Assembly: GCA_963732385.1 (NCBI GenBank)
Contig: CAVSZB010000007.1
Coordinates: 1,184,001-1,248,000 of the forward strand
DNA length: 64,000 nt
Origin: an uncultured bacterium
GTDB lineage: Bacteria > Krumholzibacteriota > Krumholzibacteriia > LZORAL124-64-63
Direction: 5' to 3'
Shown here: piece after piece, positions 32,216 through 41,802 of the stretch
How positions within the stretch are numbered: position 1 is the first letter of the stretch
Layout of the letters: every line of letters begins with the position of its first letter
Notes under the pieces: model-generated
Databases searched by the model: none
What the model was told of the DNA's origin: nothing
Seen by the model: the letters and a program-made list of their open reading frames with translations, nothing else
Made by a program: the position numbers and the translations under genes

Positions 32216-33646
32216 TCAGCGGACGATGGTCAACCCCGCCTCGGCCCCTCCGGCGCGGACCACATAGCGGCCGGCCGCGACAGCCCGCCCGGCGTCATCG
32301 CGACCGTCGAAGCGGCAGCTCCCCCGGCCGTCGCGATCGAGCGCGACACTCGCCGAACGCACCCGCCGACCGCGCAGGTCGTGCAGCGTCACCGCTACGA
32401 CCGTCAGCGGCGGCCCCTGCAGCCCGATCTCGCAGCCGGGATTGGCCGGGTTGGGCACGGGCAGCCCCAGCCGCAGCGCCCCGGCGGCCGGGACCGGGTC
32501 CGGTGTCACCGTCAGCGCCGGCAGGCGCGGCAAAACGATCCAGGCGGGCGGCAGGCCGCAGGCAATGGCGGCGCCTGTCGCTTCGCTCCCCGTCCAGGCG
32601 TCGAATACCCGCAGACCGGCGGCCGCCGATGTGCGGTCTGCCACGTAGAGCCACGCGCCGCCGTCCCAGGCGAGATCGGGGAAGGCATACTCGTTGGACG
32701 CGCGCGCCGTCGCGCCGACCGCCCCGGTGTCGGGCCGCCATGCCTTCACCGAGGTGGCGAACGAGGCGTCGCCGACGATCGCCCAGGCGTGGCTGTCGTC
32801 GACCACCGTGAAATCGAGCAGGTCGCCGCCGAGCGTCGCTTCGGTCACCAGGAAACCGCGGCTCTGCAGCGTGACGAGGTCGACCTCCTCGACACCGCCG
32901 TCGACGACACCGTAATAACCGACGCACCCGAGACGCAGACGCAGGCCGCCGGGCGCCAGTTCCGGCTGACCGGACGGATTGCCGCCGGTCAGCCAGACCG
33001 GATCGACCTCCGGGGTGGCCGGCGCCGCGTCAACCCAGCCCTGCGCCGCCATATCGAAGACCAGGAGCGCGCCGGGACCGGTCGGGACATAGTAGTTGTG
33101 CCGGTCGAGTCGCTGCGCGGTGATGTACAGACGCCCGCCGTACGCCTCCATCCAGCCGGTCTCGGGCAGGCCGTCCGCGTCGGCGAACAACGCCGTGGAG
33201 ATCGTGCCGGTGACCGTCCCGGAGACGACATCCACCCTCAGCAGAAGCGCGGCGTCGTAGCACGAGACCCAGGCGGTGCCATCGGGAGCGAAGGCGATGT
33301 CCTGCGGGTTGCGCCCGCCGCCGAGGCTGAACTGCCGCACGGTGCGCCAGCCGTCGGCCGGGTCGAGAATCTGCACGTTGCTGCCTCCGGCCCGGTTCAC
33401 GACGTAGACCAGCCCGTCGTGCCAGCGCGCCACCGCGTCGACCCCGAGCGTGGCGACGTCGCGGGTGACCGTCCAGGGAGAGACGCGCGCGAAGGCGCCG
33501 GCCGAGGCCGGTCCGGTGTAGTCGGCGCAGATGACCAGGCCGGTGTCCCAGGCGGCCGTGGCGGGGAGAGCCACGAGCGCCACGAGCACGAGACCGCGGA
33601 CAGGCATCAGGAGGCGCGAAGTCGCGGCACGGGCAGTGCGGATCAT
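32216..33646 (-). CDS. secreted YncE/BtuG-like beta-propeller with C-terminal FlgD-Ig domain
   Basis: signal peptide, propeller repeats ('VYVVNR', 'NPQDIAF', 'GGNP'), 'PNPANP...FDGRDDAGR'. Confidence 0.7.
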   Translation of the reverse strand: MIRTARAATSRLLMPVRGLVLVALVALPATAAWDTGLVICADYTGPASAGAFARVSPWTVTRDVATLGVDAVARWHDGLVYVVNRAGGSNVQILDPADGWRTVRQFSLGGGRNPQDIAFAPDGTAWVSCYDAALLLRVDVVSGTVTGTISTALFADADGLPETGWMEAYGGRLYITAQRLDRHNYYVPTGPGALLVFDMAAQGWVDAAPATPEVDPVWLTGGNPSGQPELAPGGLRLRLGCVGYYGVVDGGVEEVDLVTLQSRGFLVTEATLGGDLLDFTVVDDSHAWAIVGDASFATSVKAWRPDTGAVGATARASNEYAFPDLAWDGGAWLYVADRTSAAAGLRVFDAWTGSEATGAAIACGLPPAWIVLPRLPALTVTPDPVPAAGALRLGLPVPNPANPGCEIGLQGPPLTVVAVTLHDLRGRRVRSASVALDRDGRGSCRFDGRDDAGRAVAAGRYVVRAGGAEAGLTIVR

Positions 33647-33668
33647 GGTGGAGGTCCTTCCGGCGCGC

Positions 33669-35831
33669 TCAGCGCGCGAACAGGGAGACGCGGACCTGGC
33701 GCCCCGGCAGCGGGAAGCCCTCCACGTCGTACACGGTGTTGTCGGTGACGTTGACGATCTCGGTCGTGACGGTCAGCGCGCGCCCCGGCCCCGAACGCCA
33801 GGTCCGCGCGAGCGAGAGCGACAGCAGCGTGCGCGCCGGGGCCCGGTCGCCCGGCGTGTTGTAACGGTCGCGGAAGCTGCCCGATTCGTGCGCCACCTCG
33901 ATCCCCGCCTCCCAGGCGCCGGCCGGGACCGCGCCGCCCAACGACGTCTCGATTGCCGGCAGGAACGGCAGCTGCCGGCCGCGGTAGGCGGGATCGACGC
34001 CGCGGTCGCGCGCATCCTGCCAGGTGGCGTTCGCAAACCAGCGCGCGCCCCCTTCCGCGCCGCCCCCCGCCTCCCACTCCACGCCGTCCGCCCGCGTCAG
34101 GCCGATGTTGCGCGCCTGACTGGTGCGCTGGGAGTTCTGCACCCAGACGACGGCCCGGTCGGTGACGGTGCTGAACAGCGCCAGCCGGGTCCAGCGTCCC
34201 CCGCCGCGGGCGCCCCAGCGCACGCCGGCGTCGTACGCCGTGATCTTCTCCGGTCGCAGGGCGCGGTTGCCATCGACGCCGCCACGGTGACCGAACAACT
34301 CGACCCAGGTCGGCGCGCGCAGCGCGCGCGAGGCGTGCGCCTCCAGGAAGAGGCGCGCCGGCCGCGCCTCCCAGATGGCCGCGACCGAGGGCGAAACCGC
34401 GTCCTGCACGTGCGGCGCCGCGAGCGGGATCTCCGGCAGCCACGGCAGCGCCGGCAGCGGCGGGAAATTGTCGGTGAGATGCTGCCAGCGCCATGACGGC
34501 GCGACGGTCAGGCGGGGACCGTACAGGTCGCAGCGCAGCGAGGCGAACGCCGTGACCGACGTGCGCACGCGCAGCGGATCCTCGGCGCCGGAGCGGCGCT
34601 CGTCGTACCATTGCCGTCCCCAGTCGCCCCCGGCGGTCAACTGGACCCGGCCGGTCGCCGCCTCCGGCAGCGCCGCGACGCGCACGATCGTCAGGCGTCC
34701 GGAGACATCGCGGTTTTCGCTCCGGGTGGTGCCGGGCGGATCCCAGCCCACCTCGCCCGCATCGTCGTGCAGCAGTTCGAGGGTGCGGACGCCGGCGGCG
34801 TCGAGGCGCAGCCCGCTGCGGGTATCTTCGAGCGAGAGACGCAGGTCGCGCCGCTCCCGGCGCACCCGGGCCCGCGGACTCTCGTAGCCCAGCGGACCGG
34901 GCCGGCCGCCGTCGCGTCGGTACAGCCCGGTCGAGCCGTCCGCGCGCAGCCGCCCGCCGTCCCAGCGACCCGACAGCGCACCTCCCCACTCTGTGAAATC
35001 GGCGTTGACCCGCTCCCGTTCGCGGTCATCGTCGGGATTGGCGAAGGTCTGGTTGTGATCGAGGAAGAGGTAGTCGTTGCGGATCGTCCGGCCGTGCAGC
35101 AGCAGCATGCCTGCGCGACGACCGTCGCCGGACCGCCAGCCGTCGGTCACCCGCCCGCCGCGGTCGCCGAACGAGCCGCCGAACAGGCGCACCGCCGCCC
35201 CAGCCTCGCCCGAAGCCCGGGTGATCAGGTTGATCGCCGCCGCGCCGCCGCTCCCCCCGAAGCGCGACGGCGCGGGCCCGCGATACACCTCCGCGGCCGC
35301 GAAGCGCTCGAGCGGGAGGCTGGCCAGGTCGATCCGGCCGTCCTGCGCGTCTGACAGCGGCACGCCATCGACCAGCAGCGCCACCTGCGCGCCGCTGGCG
35401 CCGCGCAGCGTCGGCACGCTCTCGGCGCCGAGTCCGCCGTAACGGCGCAGGTGCAGCCCGGCCGCCGCGGCGAGCAGCCCGGCCAGGTCGCCGCCTCCCC
35501 GCGCGTCGGCGAAGCGCACGACCGTCACCAGGTCCGGCCCGGCCGGCGCCGCGTCGCGGCCGGCCCGCGCGGCGTCCACGTAGACGGTGTCGGTGAGCCC
35601 GCCGTCGAACAGCGGCGCGCCCGCCTCGCCAGCGGTGGCCGCGATCTCCGGTAGCGGTTCGCAGGTGAAGTCGAGGATGGCGGCGGTGTCGGGCGGCGCG
35701 GCCCCGTCCGGCACGGCGGCGGCGCCGTCGAACGGCAAGGCCAGGCCCGCGGCCATGACCAGCCCCCAGGCCGGCAGCCGGAACCGTCGGAAAAGTCTCC
35801 CCGCAGGGAAAACCAGGAGAAGCCCGTCCAT
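33669..35831 (-). CDS. TonB-dependent receptor, probably BtuB-like
   Basis: TonB-box-like 'DTVYV', plug 'LRGASGAQVALLVDGVP', 'EVYRG', 'NVTD..Y....PLPGR'; cobalamin riboswitch upstream. Confidence 0.85.
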   Translation of the reverse strand: MDGLLLVFPAGRLFRRFRLPAWGLVMAAGLALPFDGAAAVPDGAAPPDTAAILDFTCEPLPEIAATAGEAGAPLFDGGLTDTVYVDAARAGRDAAPAGPDLVTVVRFADARGGGDLAGLLAAAAGLHLRRYGGLGAESVPTLRGASGAQVALLVDGVPLSDAQDGRIDLASLPLERFAAAEVYRGPAPSRFGGSGGAAAINLITRASGEAGAAVRLFGGSFGDRGGRVTDGWRSGDGRRAGMLLLHGRTIRNDYLFLDHNQTFANPDDDRERERVNADFTEWGGALSGRWDGGRLRADGSTGLYRRDGGRPGPLGYESPRARVRRERRDLRLSLEDTRSGLRLDAAGVRTLELLHDDAGEVGWDPPGTTRSENRDVSGRLTIVRVAALPEAATGRVQLTAGGDWGRQWYDERRSGAEDPLRVRTSVTAFASLRCDLYGPRLTVAPSWRWQHLTDNFPPLPALPWLPEIPLAAPHVQDAVSPSVAAIWEARPARLFLEAHASRALRAPTWVELFGHRGGVDGNRALRPEKITAYDAGVRWGARGGGRWTRLALFSTVTDRAVVWVQNSQRTSQARNIGLTRADGVEWEAGGGAEGGARWFANATWQDARDRGVDPAYRGRQLPFLPAIETSLGGAVPAGAWEAGIEVAHESGSFRDRYNTPGDRAPARTLLSLSLARTWRSGPGRALTVTTEIVNVTDNTVYDVEGFPLPGRQVRVSLFAR

Positions 35832-35864
35832 TGCCGACCTCTCCCACGAAAGTCAGGCAACTCG

Positions 35865-36031
35865 GGTTCGCGATCGGTCTCCTGGCTTGCGGGTCAGCCT
35901 ACTCGCCGCGCCTTCCCGGCCCGGGGCGCGCCATGCGCGCGGGAGGACCAGTGGCTGGGGTGCGGTTTTCGTCGCCGCTCACAGTGGCGGGGCCGCGCCG
36001 GATTTTCACCGGCTTCCGGTGGATGCGAACC
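35865..36031 (-). promoter_or_regulatory. cobalamin (B12) riboswitch
   Basis: on - strand: GGTTCGC...GGAAGCCGGTGAAAATCCGGCGCGGCCCCGCCACTGTGA...GCCACTGG...GGGAAGG...AAGCCAGGAGACCG...GCGAACC; hairpin at 35831-35860 covers the receptor RBS. Confidence 0.92.
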
Positions 36032-36076
36032 TTTCATTTTGGCATTACGCCACGCCCCAAGGGCGCCAGGGGCACA

Positions 36077-37126
36077 CTAGACCGCCGGGTAGTCCCTGTC
36101 AAGAACGCGCCGCCAGATCCGCTCGTGGTCGTCGGGCGCGGCGCTCGCCAGCAATACCGCGTCTCCCTCCCCGATCACGGCGGGGGCCCGGGTCTGGATG
36201 AGCGGCTCGGGCGCCGCGGCAAGGTAGTCGGCCTCGGTGTAGGGGCGATAGCGAAGCCAGAATCCGAGGTGCCAGAGGAAGAACCGCTCGACGCGCGTCT
36301 GCCCCTTCGCATCGTCGCCGAAATGCTCCGTGGCGTAGTCGTAGTACCGCCGCAACAGCGCCCACCGCTCGGCGGGCGACGGCAGGATGGCCCGCCCCTC
36401 CCTGATTTCCTGGAAAACCCACGGTTTGATCAGCGCGCCGCGCGCCACCAGCAGCGAGGCTACTCCGGATCCCGCGCGCCGGGCCTGCGCGTCCCACGGC
36501 GTCAGCAGGTCGCCGTTGCCGATCACCGGCACCGACACCGTGGCGACCACGCGCGCGATGATGTCCCAGTCCGCGGCACGCCGGTAGCGCTGCTCGCGGG
36601 TGCGGCCGTGGACCATCAAAGCGTCGGCGCCGCCGTCGACCGCGGCGCGGGCCGTCTCGAGGACATTGATTTTTCCCTCTGCGTAGCCGGAGCGGAGCTT
36701 GACCGAGAGCGGCACGGCGATCCGCGCGCGCACCGCCTCCACCACTTTCGCCAGTTTCTGCGGGCGTTTCAGCAGAGCGGCGCCCGCGCCGCGGCGAACG
36801 ACCAGGTCGATGGGACAGCCGAAATTGAGATCGATGAAACAGGCGCCCAGTTCGACGGCGCGCACGGCCGCTTCGGCCATCACCTCCGGTGATTTGCCAC
36901 AAAGCTGGACGCCGAACGTCGTCTCGCTCTCGTGATGACGCAGCAGCGGCAGTTCGCCCCGGCCGCCGGCCGCCAGTTTGTCCGCCATCACCATTTCGCT
37001 GCAGGTCAGATCAGCGCCGAACTCCCGGCAGAGGCGTCGGTACGGCAGGTTGCCGCCGTTCGCCATCGGCGCCATCACGAGGCGTCCGCGAAAAAATTCG
37101 GCGCCATCGGGGCTGCGGTCGGTCAC
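36077..37126 (-). CDS. tRNA-dihydrouridine synthase (Dus family)
   Basis: 'MAPM', 'GVQLCG', 'DLNFGCP', 'VHGRT', 'IGNGD', 'ARGAL'. Confidence 0.88.
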   Translation of the reverse strand: MTDRSPDGAEFFRGRLVMAPMANGGNLPYRRLCREFGADLTCSEMVMADKLAAGGRGELPLLRHHESETTFGVQLCGKSPEVMAEAAVRAVELGACFIDLNFGCPIDLVVRRGAGAALLKRPQKLAKVVEAVRARIAVPLSVKLRSGYAEGKINVLETARAAVDGGADALMVHGRTREQRYRRAADWDIIARVVATVSVPVIGNGDLLTPWDAQARRAGSGVASLLVARGALIKPWVFQEIREGRAILPSPAERWALLRRYYDYATEHFGDDAKGQTRVERFFLWHLGFWLRYRPYTEADYLAAAPEPLIQTRAPAVIGEGDAVLLASAAPDDHERIWRRVLDRDYPAV

Positions 37127-37214
37127 GCGGAATCCCTCCCGGGAAAGCGGCGGCCGCCCTCCGGGGCGGCCACACGCGGAAACGGTGCCGGCCGGGCAGC
37201 GGAACGTCCGCCGC

Positions 37215-37748
37215 TCAACCGCCGTCGAGCATCGGACTCTCGTCGAACCCGTGCCACTTTTCGGGGTGCTCCAGATAATCGTGGGTGTTCGAGAGCAGCT
37301 GGTAGTGCACCTGCTCCTCTGCCGCCAGATGGCGGAACATATCCCGCGCCAGCGGCGAGGCGACCTGACCGGCGGCCTCCGTGTACATTGCGTACCCGCG
37401 ACGTTCGACCTGCATGGCGCCGCGGATGATCTCGAGGTCTTCCGGCACGAACTGGTAGGGGTCTTTCGCCCCCGACAGGGCGCTCTCGAAAATTTCCCGC
37501 GGGCCCTGGTGGGAATGCTCCCCGTGATCGGCCAGCACCTGCAGATCGTGGGTCCGCAGGAGATCGTCGCGCACCCTGACCAGATGCTCACGATGCCCCG
37601 CCTCGTCCTTCGCCAGCGACTGCAGGATGCGCTTTTCCAGTTCGGACCCGGAGTCGCCGGCCCGCTGGTTGAAGAACCGGATCCCTTCCTCTTCAAAAAC
37701 AATAGCCTTCGCCAGGATGTCCAGGCACAGCTTCACGTCATCGCCCAT
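37215..37748 (-). CDS. ferritin-like/rubrerythrin-family protein
   Basis: two E..H di-iron halves ('AKDEAGH', 'AEEQVH'); GGGAGG RBS. Confidence 0.8.
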   Translation of the reverse strand: MGDDVKLCLDILAKAIVFEEEGIRFFNQRAGDSGSELEKRILQSLAKDEAGHREHLVRVRDDLLRTHDLQVLADHGEHSHQGPREIFESALSGAKDPYQFVPEDLEIIRGAMQVERRGYAMYTEAAGQVASPLARDMFRHLAAEEQVHYQLLSNTHDYLEHPEKWHGFDESPMLDGG

Positions 37749-37994
37749 GTCACCCTCCCGTACACCCGGCGCCGCGCGTTGGCGGCGCCCGGGCATGAAA
37801 TCCACCGGTATTTCGGTCCGGTTTCCCGATCTGGAAGTCAATGGTAACGCTCCGCCGGAAAAATGCCAAACCGGCCCACCTGAAGTCTGGATACTTGGAT
37901 TCGATCCGGATATGATCGGCCATGCTCGTATCGATTCCGGCCGGCGCCGCGCAGGTCGTCCGGCTGTTCACCGGGTTCCCGCGGGAGGATGGGT

Positions 37995-39302
37995 ATGGCG
38001 ACTCTGAAGAAGACGCTGGCGGCGAAAATCCCCGCCTGGCGAGAGGAAATGCGCGCGTTGCTCAAGGCGCACGGCGAGTTCAAGATCGGCGACGTGACCG
38101 TCGGCCAGGCTTATGGCGGCATGCGCGGCGTCAAGAGCATGGTGTGCGACACCTCCGAGGTACCGCCCGACATGGGCCTGATCATCCGGGGCACGCCGAT
38201 CGCCCAGTTGAAAGACCGCCTGCCGGAAGAGATTTTCTTCCTGCTTTGCACGAATGAATTGCCCGATCGCCGGGCGCTCAAGGCTCTCCAGGAGGATCTC
38301 GCGGAGCGCTCCCGCGTGCCGGCCTATGTCTGGAAGGTCCTCGAGGCGATGCCGGCCAACTCGCACCCCATGTGCATGTTCGACACGGCGATCCTCTGCA
38401 TGCAGCGCGAGTCGAAATTCCAGCAGGCCTACAACGCCGGCATGCGCAAGGACGAGTACTGGGAGCCGATGCTGGAGGACTCGCTCGACATCCTGGCCAA
38501 ACTGCCCGCCATCGCGGCCGGCATCTACCGGATGCGTTTCAAGAAGGGCGCGCGCATCGCCCCGAAGAAGGACCTCGACTGGAGCACCAACTACGTGCGC
38601 ATGCTTGGCTTCAAGGATCCCGGCGGGGAGTTCGCCGACCTGATGCGCCTCTATCTGGTCCTGCACAGTGACCATGAGAGCGGCAACGTCTCGGCGCACA
38701 CCTGCCACTGCGTCGGCTCGGCGCTGTCGGACGCCTACTATGCGGTCTCGGCCGGCCTCAACGGTCTGGCCGGTCCGCTGCACGGTCTGGCGAACCAGGA
38801 GTGCCTCTCCTGGATCCTCGAAGTCCACAAGAAATTCCAGGGGGTCCCCACGGACGAGCAGCTGCGCAAGATGGCCTGGGACACGCTGGCCAGCGGCAAG
38901 GTGATCCCCGGCTACGGCCATGCCGTGCTGCGCGTCACCGATCCGCGCTTCGACGCCTTCCTCGAGTTCGGGCTCAAACACTTCCCTGACGATCCGGTCA
39001 TGCACATCGTGGGTCAGGTCTTCCGGATCGTGCCGGGGGTCCTGCGCGAACAGGGCAAGGCCAAGGATCCGTGGCCCAATGTCGACGCCGCCTCGGGCGC
39101 GCTGCTCTACCACTACGGGCTGAAGGAGCAGTCGTACTACACGGTGCTCTTCTCGGTTTCGCGCGCCATGGGCATGTGCTCGCAGCTCGTGGTCAACCGC
39201 GCCATCGGCGCGCCGCTCGAGCGGCCCAAGTCGGTCACCACCACGTGGGTCAAGAAGACGGTCGGCTTCGCCGGTCCGGCGCCGGCCGCGCCGCAAGGCT
39301 GA
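37995..39302 (+). CDS. gltA: citrate (Si)-synthase, eukaryote-like type
   Basis: 'YGGMRG', 'HSDHESGNVSAH', 'GLAGPLHGLANQE', 'PGYGHAVLR', 'WPNVDA', 'ERPKS'. Confidence 0.93.
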   Translation: MATLKKTLAAKIPAWREEMRALLKAHGEFKIGDVTVGQAYGGMRGVKSMVCDTSEVPPDMGLIIRGTPIAQLKDRLPEEIFFLLCTNELPDRRALKALQEDLAERSRVPAYVWKVLEAMPANSHPMCMFDTAILCMQRESKFQQAYNAGMRKDEYWEPMLEDSLDILAKLPAIAAGIYRMRFKKGARIAPKKDLDWSTNYVRMLGFKDPGGEFADLMRLYLVLHSDHESGNVSAHTCHCVGSALSDAYYAVSAGLNGLAGPLHGLANQECLSWILEVHKKFQGVPTDEQLRKMAWDTLASGKVIPGYGHAVLRVTDPRFDAFLEFGLKHFPDDPVMHIVGQVFRIVPGVLREQGKAKDPWPNVDAASGALLYHYGLKEQSYYTVLFSVSRAMGMCSQLVVNRAIGAPLERPKSVTTTWVKKTVGFAGPAPAAPQG

Positions 39303-39327
39303 CCGTCGTCATCCGTGTCCGCGCAGC

Positions 39328-39360
39328 AGGGCCGGCCCCCGGGGGCCGGCCCTCTCTGTT
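39328..39360 (+). terminator. terminator after citrate synthase
   Basis: perfect palindrome AGGGCCGGCCCCCGGGGGCCGGCCCT followed by CTCTGTT. Confidence 0.65.
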
Positions 39361-39376
39361 CATCGGGATGCGGATG

Positions 39377-39385
39377 TGCTATAAT
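39377..39385 (+). promoter_or_regulatory. extended -10 promoter element
   Basis: TGcTATAAT about 60 bp upstream of ATG 39448, in an otherwise GC-rich context. Confidence 0.55.
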
Positions 39386-39447
39386 ATGCATAGTTTGGCA
39401 ACCGAAGGCCGGCCGATCAACTCAGCCTCCGCAAAGGCGGTCCTCCC

Positions 39448-40686
39448 ATGTCCTCGCCCATCTCCCGGTTGCGCCTGGCGCTGCTGGCCCTCTCCCTGCC
39501 CCTGCTGCTGGCCGGCCCGGCCGGCGCCGGCGTGACGATCCACTGCCTGGACGTCGGCCAGGGGGACGCCACCCTGATCGTCTCCTCCAGCGGCAAGACG
39601 CTGCTGTTCGACGCCGGCGACAACGGCAAGGGCACGTCCGTGGTCGTCCCCTACCTGACCGCCCTGGGCATCGGCCAGCTCAACTACATCGTGACCAGCC
39701 ACTATCACGCCGACCACATCGGCGGCGTGGACGAGGTGTGGAACGCCCAGGGGGCGGTGCTCGACGCCGTGTACGACCGGGGCTGGAGCTACACGACGGC
39801 AACCTACAACACGTATGCCGCGCTGGTTGCCGCCAAGCGGGTCACGGCCACCGACCTGCAGGTGATCGACCTCGGCGATGGCGTCACCGCGACCGTGGTC
39901 GCGGTCAACGGCAACGGCTTGCTGGCGCCCCCCTTCACCAGCGGCACCAACGATGAGAACGACTTCTGTCTCGCCCTGCACGTGCAGGCGGGCGACTTCG
40001 ACTATTTCCAGGCGGGCGACCTGAGCGGCGTCAACGACTCGTCCTACAACGACATCGAAACGAGCGTGGGGCCGCGCGTAGGCGATCTCGAGATCTACCA
40101 CGTCGATCACCACGGCTCCTACTCGGCGAGCAACGCCAACTTCCTGGCCGCCACCGATCCGAACGTGGCGATCATCTCCGTGGGGTCGAACAGCTATGGC
40201 CATCCCGCGCAGGTCACCCTCGACCGGATCGCGGCGGCCGGGGCGTTCATCTACCAGACCGAGCTCGGCTCCGGCGGCACGCTGCCGGCCTCCGAGCTCA
40301 CGGTGGTCGGCGGTCACATCGTGATCGCCACGACCGGCTACGGCACCTACACGGTCAACGCAGACGTCTGGCCGATGGACGAGCCCGACCTGACGCCGGT
40401 GCCGACCGTCACCGCCTTCGCCCTGCTCGGCAACTATCCCAATCCGTTCAACCCGCTCACGAACATCCGCTTCGTGACCGAGCGCGGCGGGCCGGTCGCC
40501 TTCACCGTCTACGATCTGGCCGGACGGCGCCTCATCGAGCGTTCGTTCGAGGCTGAGCCGGGCACGCAGAGCGTGCTCTGGGAGGGACGGGACAACGTCG
40601 GACACGCGCTGCCGTCGGGCGTCTATCTCTACCGGCTGCAGACGCCGGAGGGGACCGGCGGCGGGCGCATGATGCTGACGAAGTGA
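39448..40686 (+). CDS. secreted ComEC/Rec2-like MBL-fold hydrolase with FlgD-Ig/T9SS-like C-terminus
   Basis: 'DVGQGDA', 'SHYHADHIGG', 'HHGS', 'SYGHP', 'NYPNPFNP...LPSGVYLYRL'. Confidence 0.85.
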   Translation: MSSPISRLRLALLALSLPLLLAGPAGAGVTIHCLDVGQGDATLIVSSSGKTLLFDAGDNGKGTSVVVPYLTALGIGQLNYIVTSHYHADHIGGVDEVWNAQGAVLDAVYDRGWSYTTATYNTYAALVAAKRVTATDLQVIDLGDGVTATVVAVNGNGLLAPPFTSGTNDENDFCLALHVQAGDFDYFQAGDLSGVNDSSYNDIETSVGPRVGDLEIYHVDHHGSYSASNANFLAATDPNVAIISVGSNSYGHPAQVTLDRIAAAGAFIYQTELGSGGTLPASELTVVGGHIVIATTGYGTYTVNADVWPMDEPDLTPVPTVTAFALLGNYPNPFNPLTNIRFVTERGGPVAFTVYDLAGRRLIERSFEAEPGTQSVLWEGRDNVGHALPSGVYLYRLQTPEGTGGGRMMLTK

Positions 40687-40699
40687 GGCGAGCGTGGGT

Positions 40700-41395
40700 T
40701 CAGGAATCGGCCGGCGCCGGCAGGTCCGGGGCCGGCCGTTTCGTGTCCGGCGTGCCCGACGGGTCCGGCGCGGCCACCGTCGCGACCGCGGCAACCGCGC
40801 TCCAGGCCGCGAACCAGCCGAGCCAGACCTGCGAGAGGTAGTGCTTGCGGTCGTTCACGCGCGACCAGCCGGTCAGGAGCGAGCCGGCGTAGGCCGCGGC
40901 GCGCCGCCACGGCCCGTCCGCCATGCGGGCCGCGGTCAGCCACGGCACCGCGCCCATGAAGGCGTGCCCCGAGGCGGAATTGTCGTCGCGCAGCGGACGA
41001 CCCCAACGCGGGCCGCGAAGACCGTCGCCGTCGGTGGGACGCGACGCGCCCAGACCGTACTGCAGGCTCCACAGGAGCGGCAGACCAACGACCATCGCCT
41101 CGAAATTGCGCCGGCCCCAGCGGGTGAGCGCCGAGGAGCGCCAGCGCGCGTCGAGCAGGGCGACGAGCCCCCACGCCAGAAACCAGGGCCGCTCGCCCAG
41201 CGTCTTCGCCCCGCGCGCCAGGGCGTCGCTGCGCGCCGAGCGGACGCGGTCGCGATGCCAGTGGTCCGCGCGATGATCCAGGCCGGAATAGATCAGCGCG
41301 CCGGCTCCGAGCAGCGCACCACCGAGCTGGAGAAAGCCGCGGCGGCTGTAGCAGCGCCGGCCGGCCTCGGCCAGCCGGGAGGCGCCCGCGTTCAA
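40700..41395 (-). CDS. PAP2-family phosphatase
   Basis: 'SASGHAF', 'SRVNDRKHYLSQV'. Confidence 0.7.
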   Translation of the reverse strand: MNAGASRLAEAGRRCYSRRGFLQLGGALLGAGALIYSGLDHRADHWHRDRVRSARSDALARGAKTLGERPWFLAWGLVALLDARWRSSALTRWGRRNFEAMVVGLPLLWSLQYGLGASRPTDGDGLRGPRWGRPLRDDNSASGHAFMGAVPWLTAARMADGPWRRAAAYAGSLLTGWSRVNDRKHYLSQVWLGWFAAWSAVAAVATVAAPDPSGTPDTKRPAPDLPAPADS

Positions 41396-41784
41396 CGGGC
41401 GCCGTCCGCGCGCGGCAGCAGCCCGGTCTTGCCGCCGTCCGGTCCCACCGCCACGTACACCAGCCGCGCCTCCGTCACGCGCACGATTTCGCGCGTGTCG
41501 AGCCGCTCCGCGTCCACCTCGATGTCCACCGTGACGGACGTGGTCCCGCTGCTGACGACGCAGCCGCGGAAGGTGACCAGGTCGCCGACGTTCACCGGAT
41601 GCAGGAACCTGATCCCGTCCGCGTGCACGGTGACGAAGCGGTTGTCGAAGACGTCGCGGGCGCAGTGCGCGCCGGCCTGATCGAGGTAGGACATGATCAC
41701 GCCGCCGAAGATCGTGCCGTACATGTTGGTGTGCATCGGCAGCAGGGAGATCTTCAGGTATTCCTTCATGACGAACTCGTTCAT
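41392..41784 (-). CDS. acyl-CoA thioesterase (hotdog fold)
   Basis: 'NMYGTIFGG...D', 'FLHPVNVGD', 'GTTS'. Confidence 0.88.
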   Translation of the reverse strand: MNEFVMKEYLKISLLPMHTNMYGTIFGGVIMSYLDQAGAHCARDVFDNRFVTVHADGIRFLHPVNVGDLVTFRGCVVSSGTTSVTVDIEVDAERLDTREIVRVTEARLVYVAVGPDGGKTGLLPRADGAR

Positions 41785-41802
41785 GACGCTCCCTTCAACC
41801 GG

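Noticed and set aside
36077..37702. 541-aa Dus ORF with long N-terminal extension
   Set aside because: The extension overlaps the ferritin-like gene in another frame. Dus homology begins near 37126.
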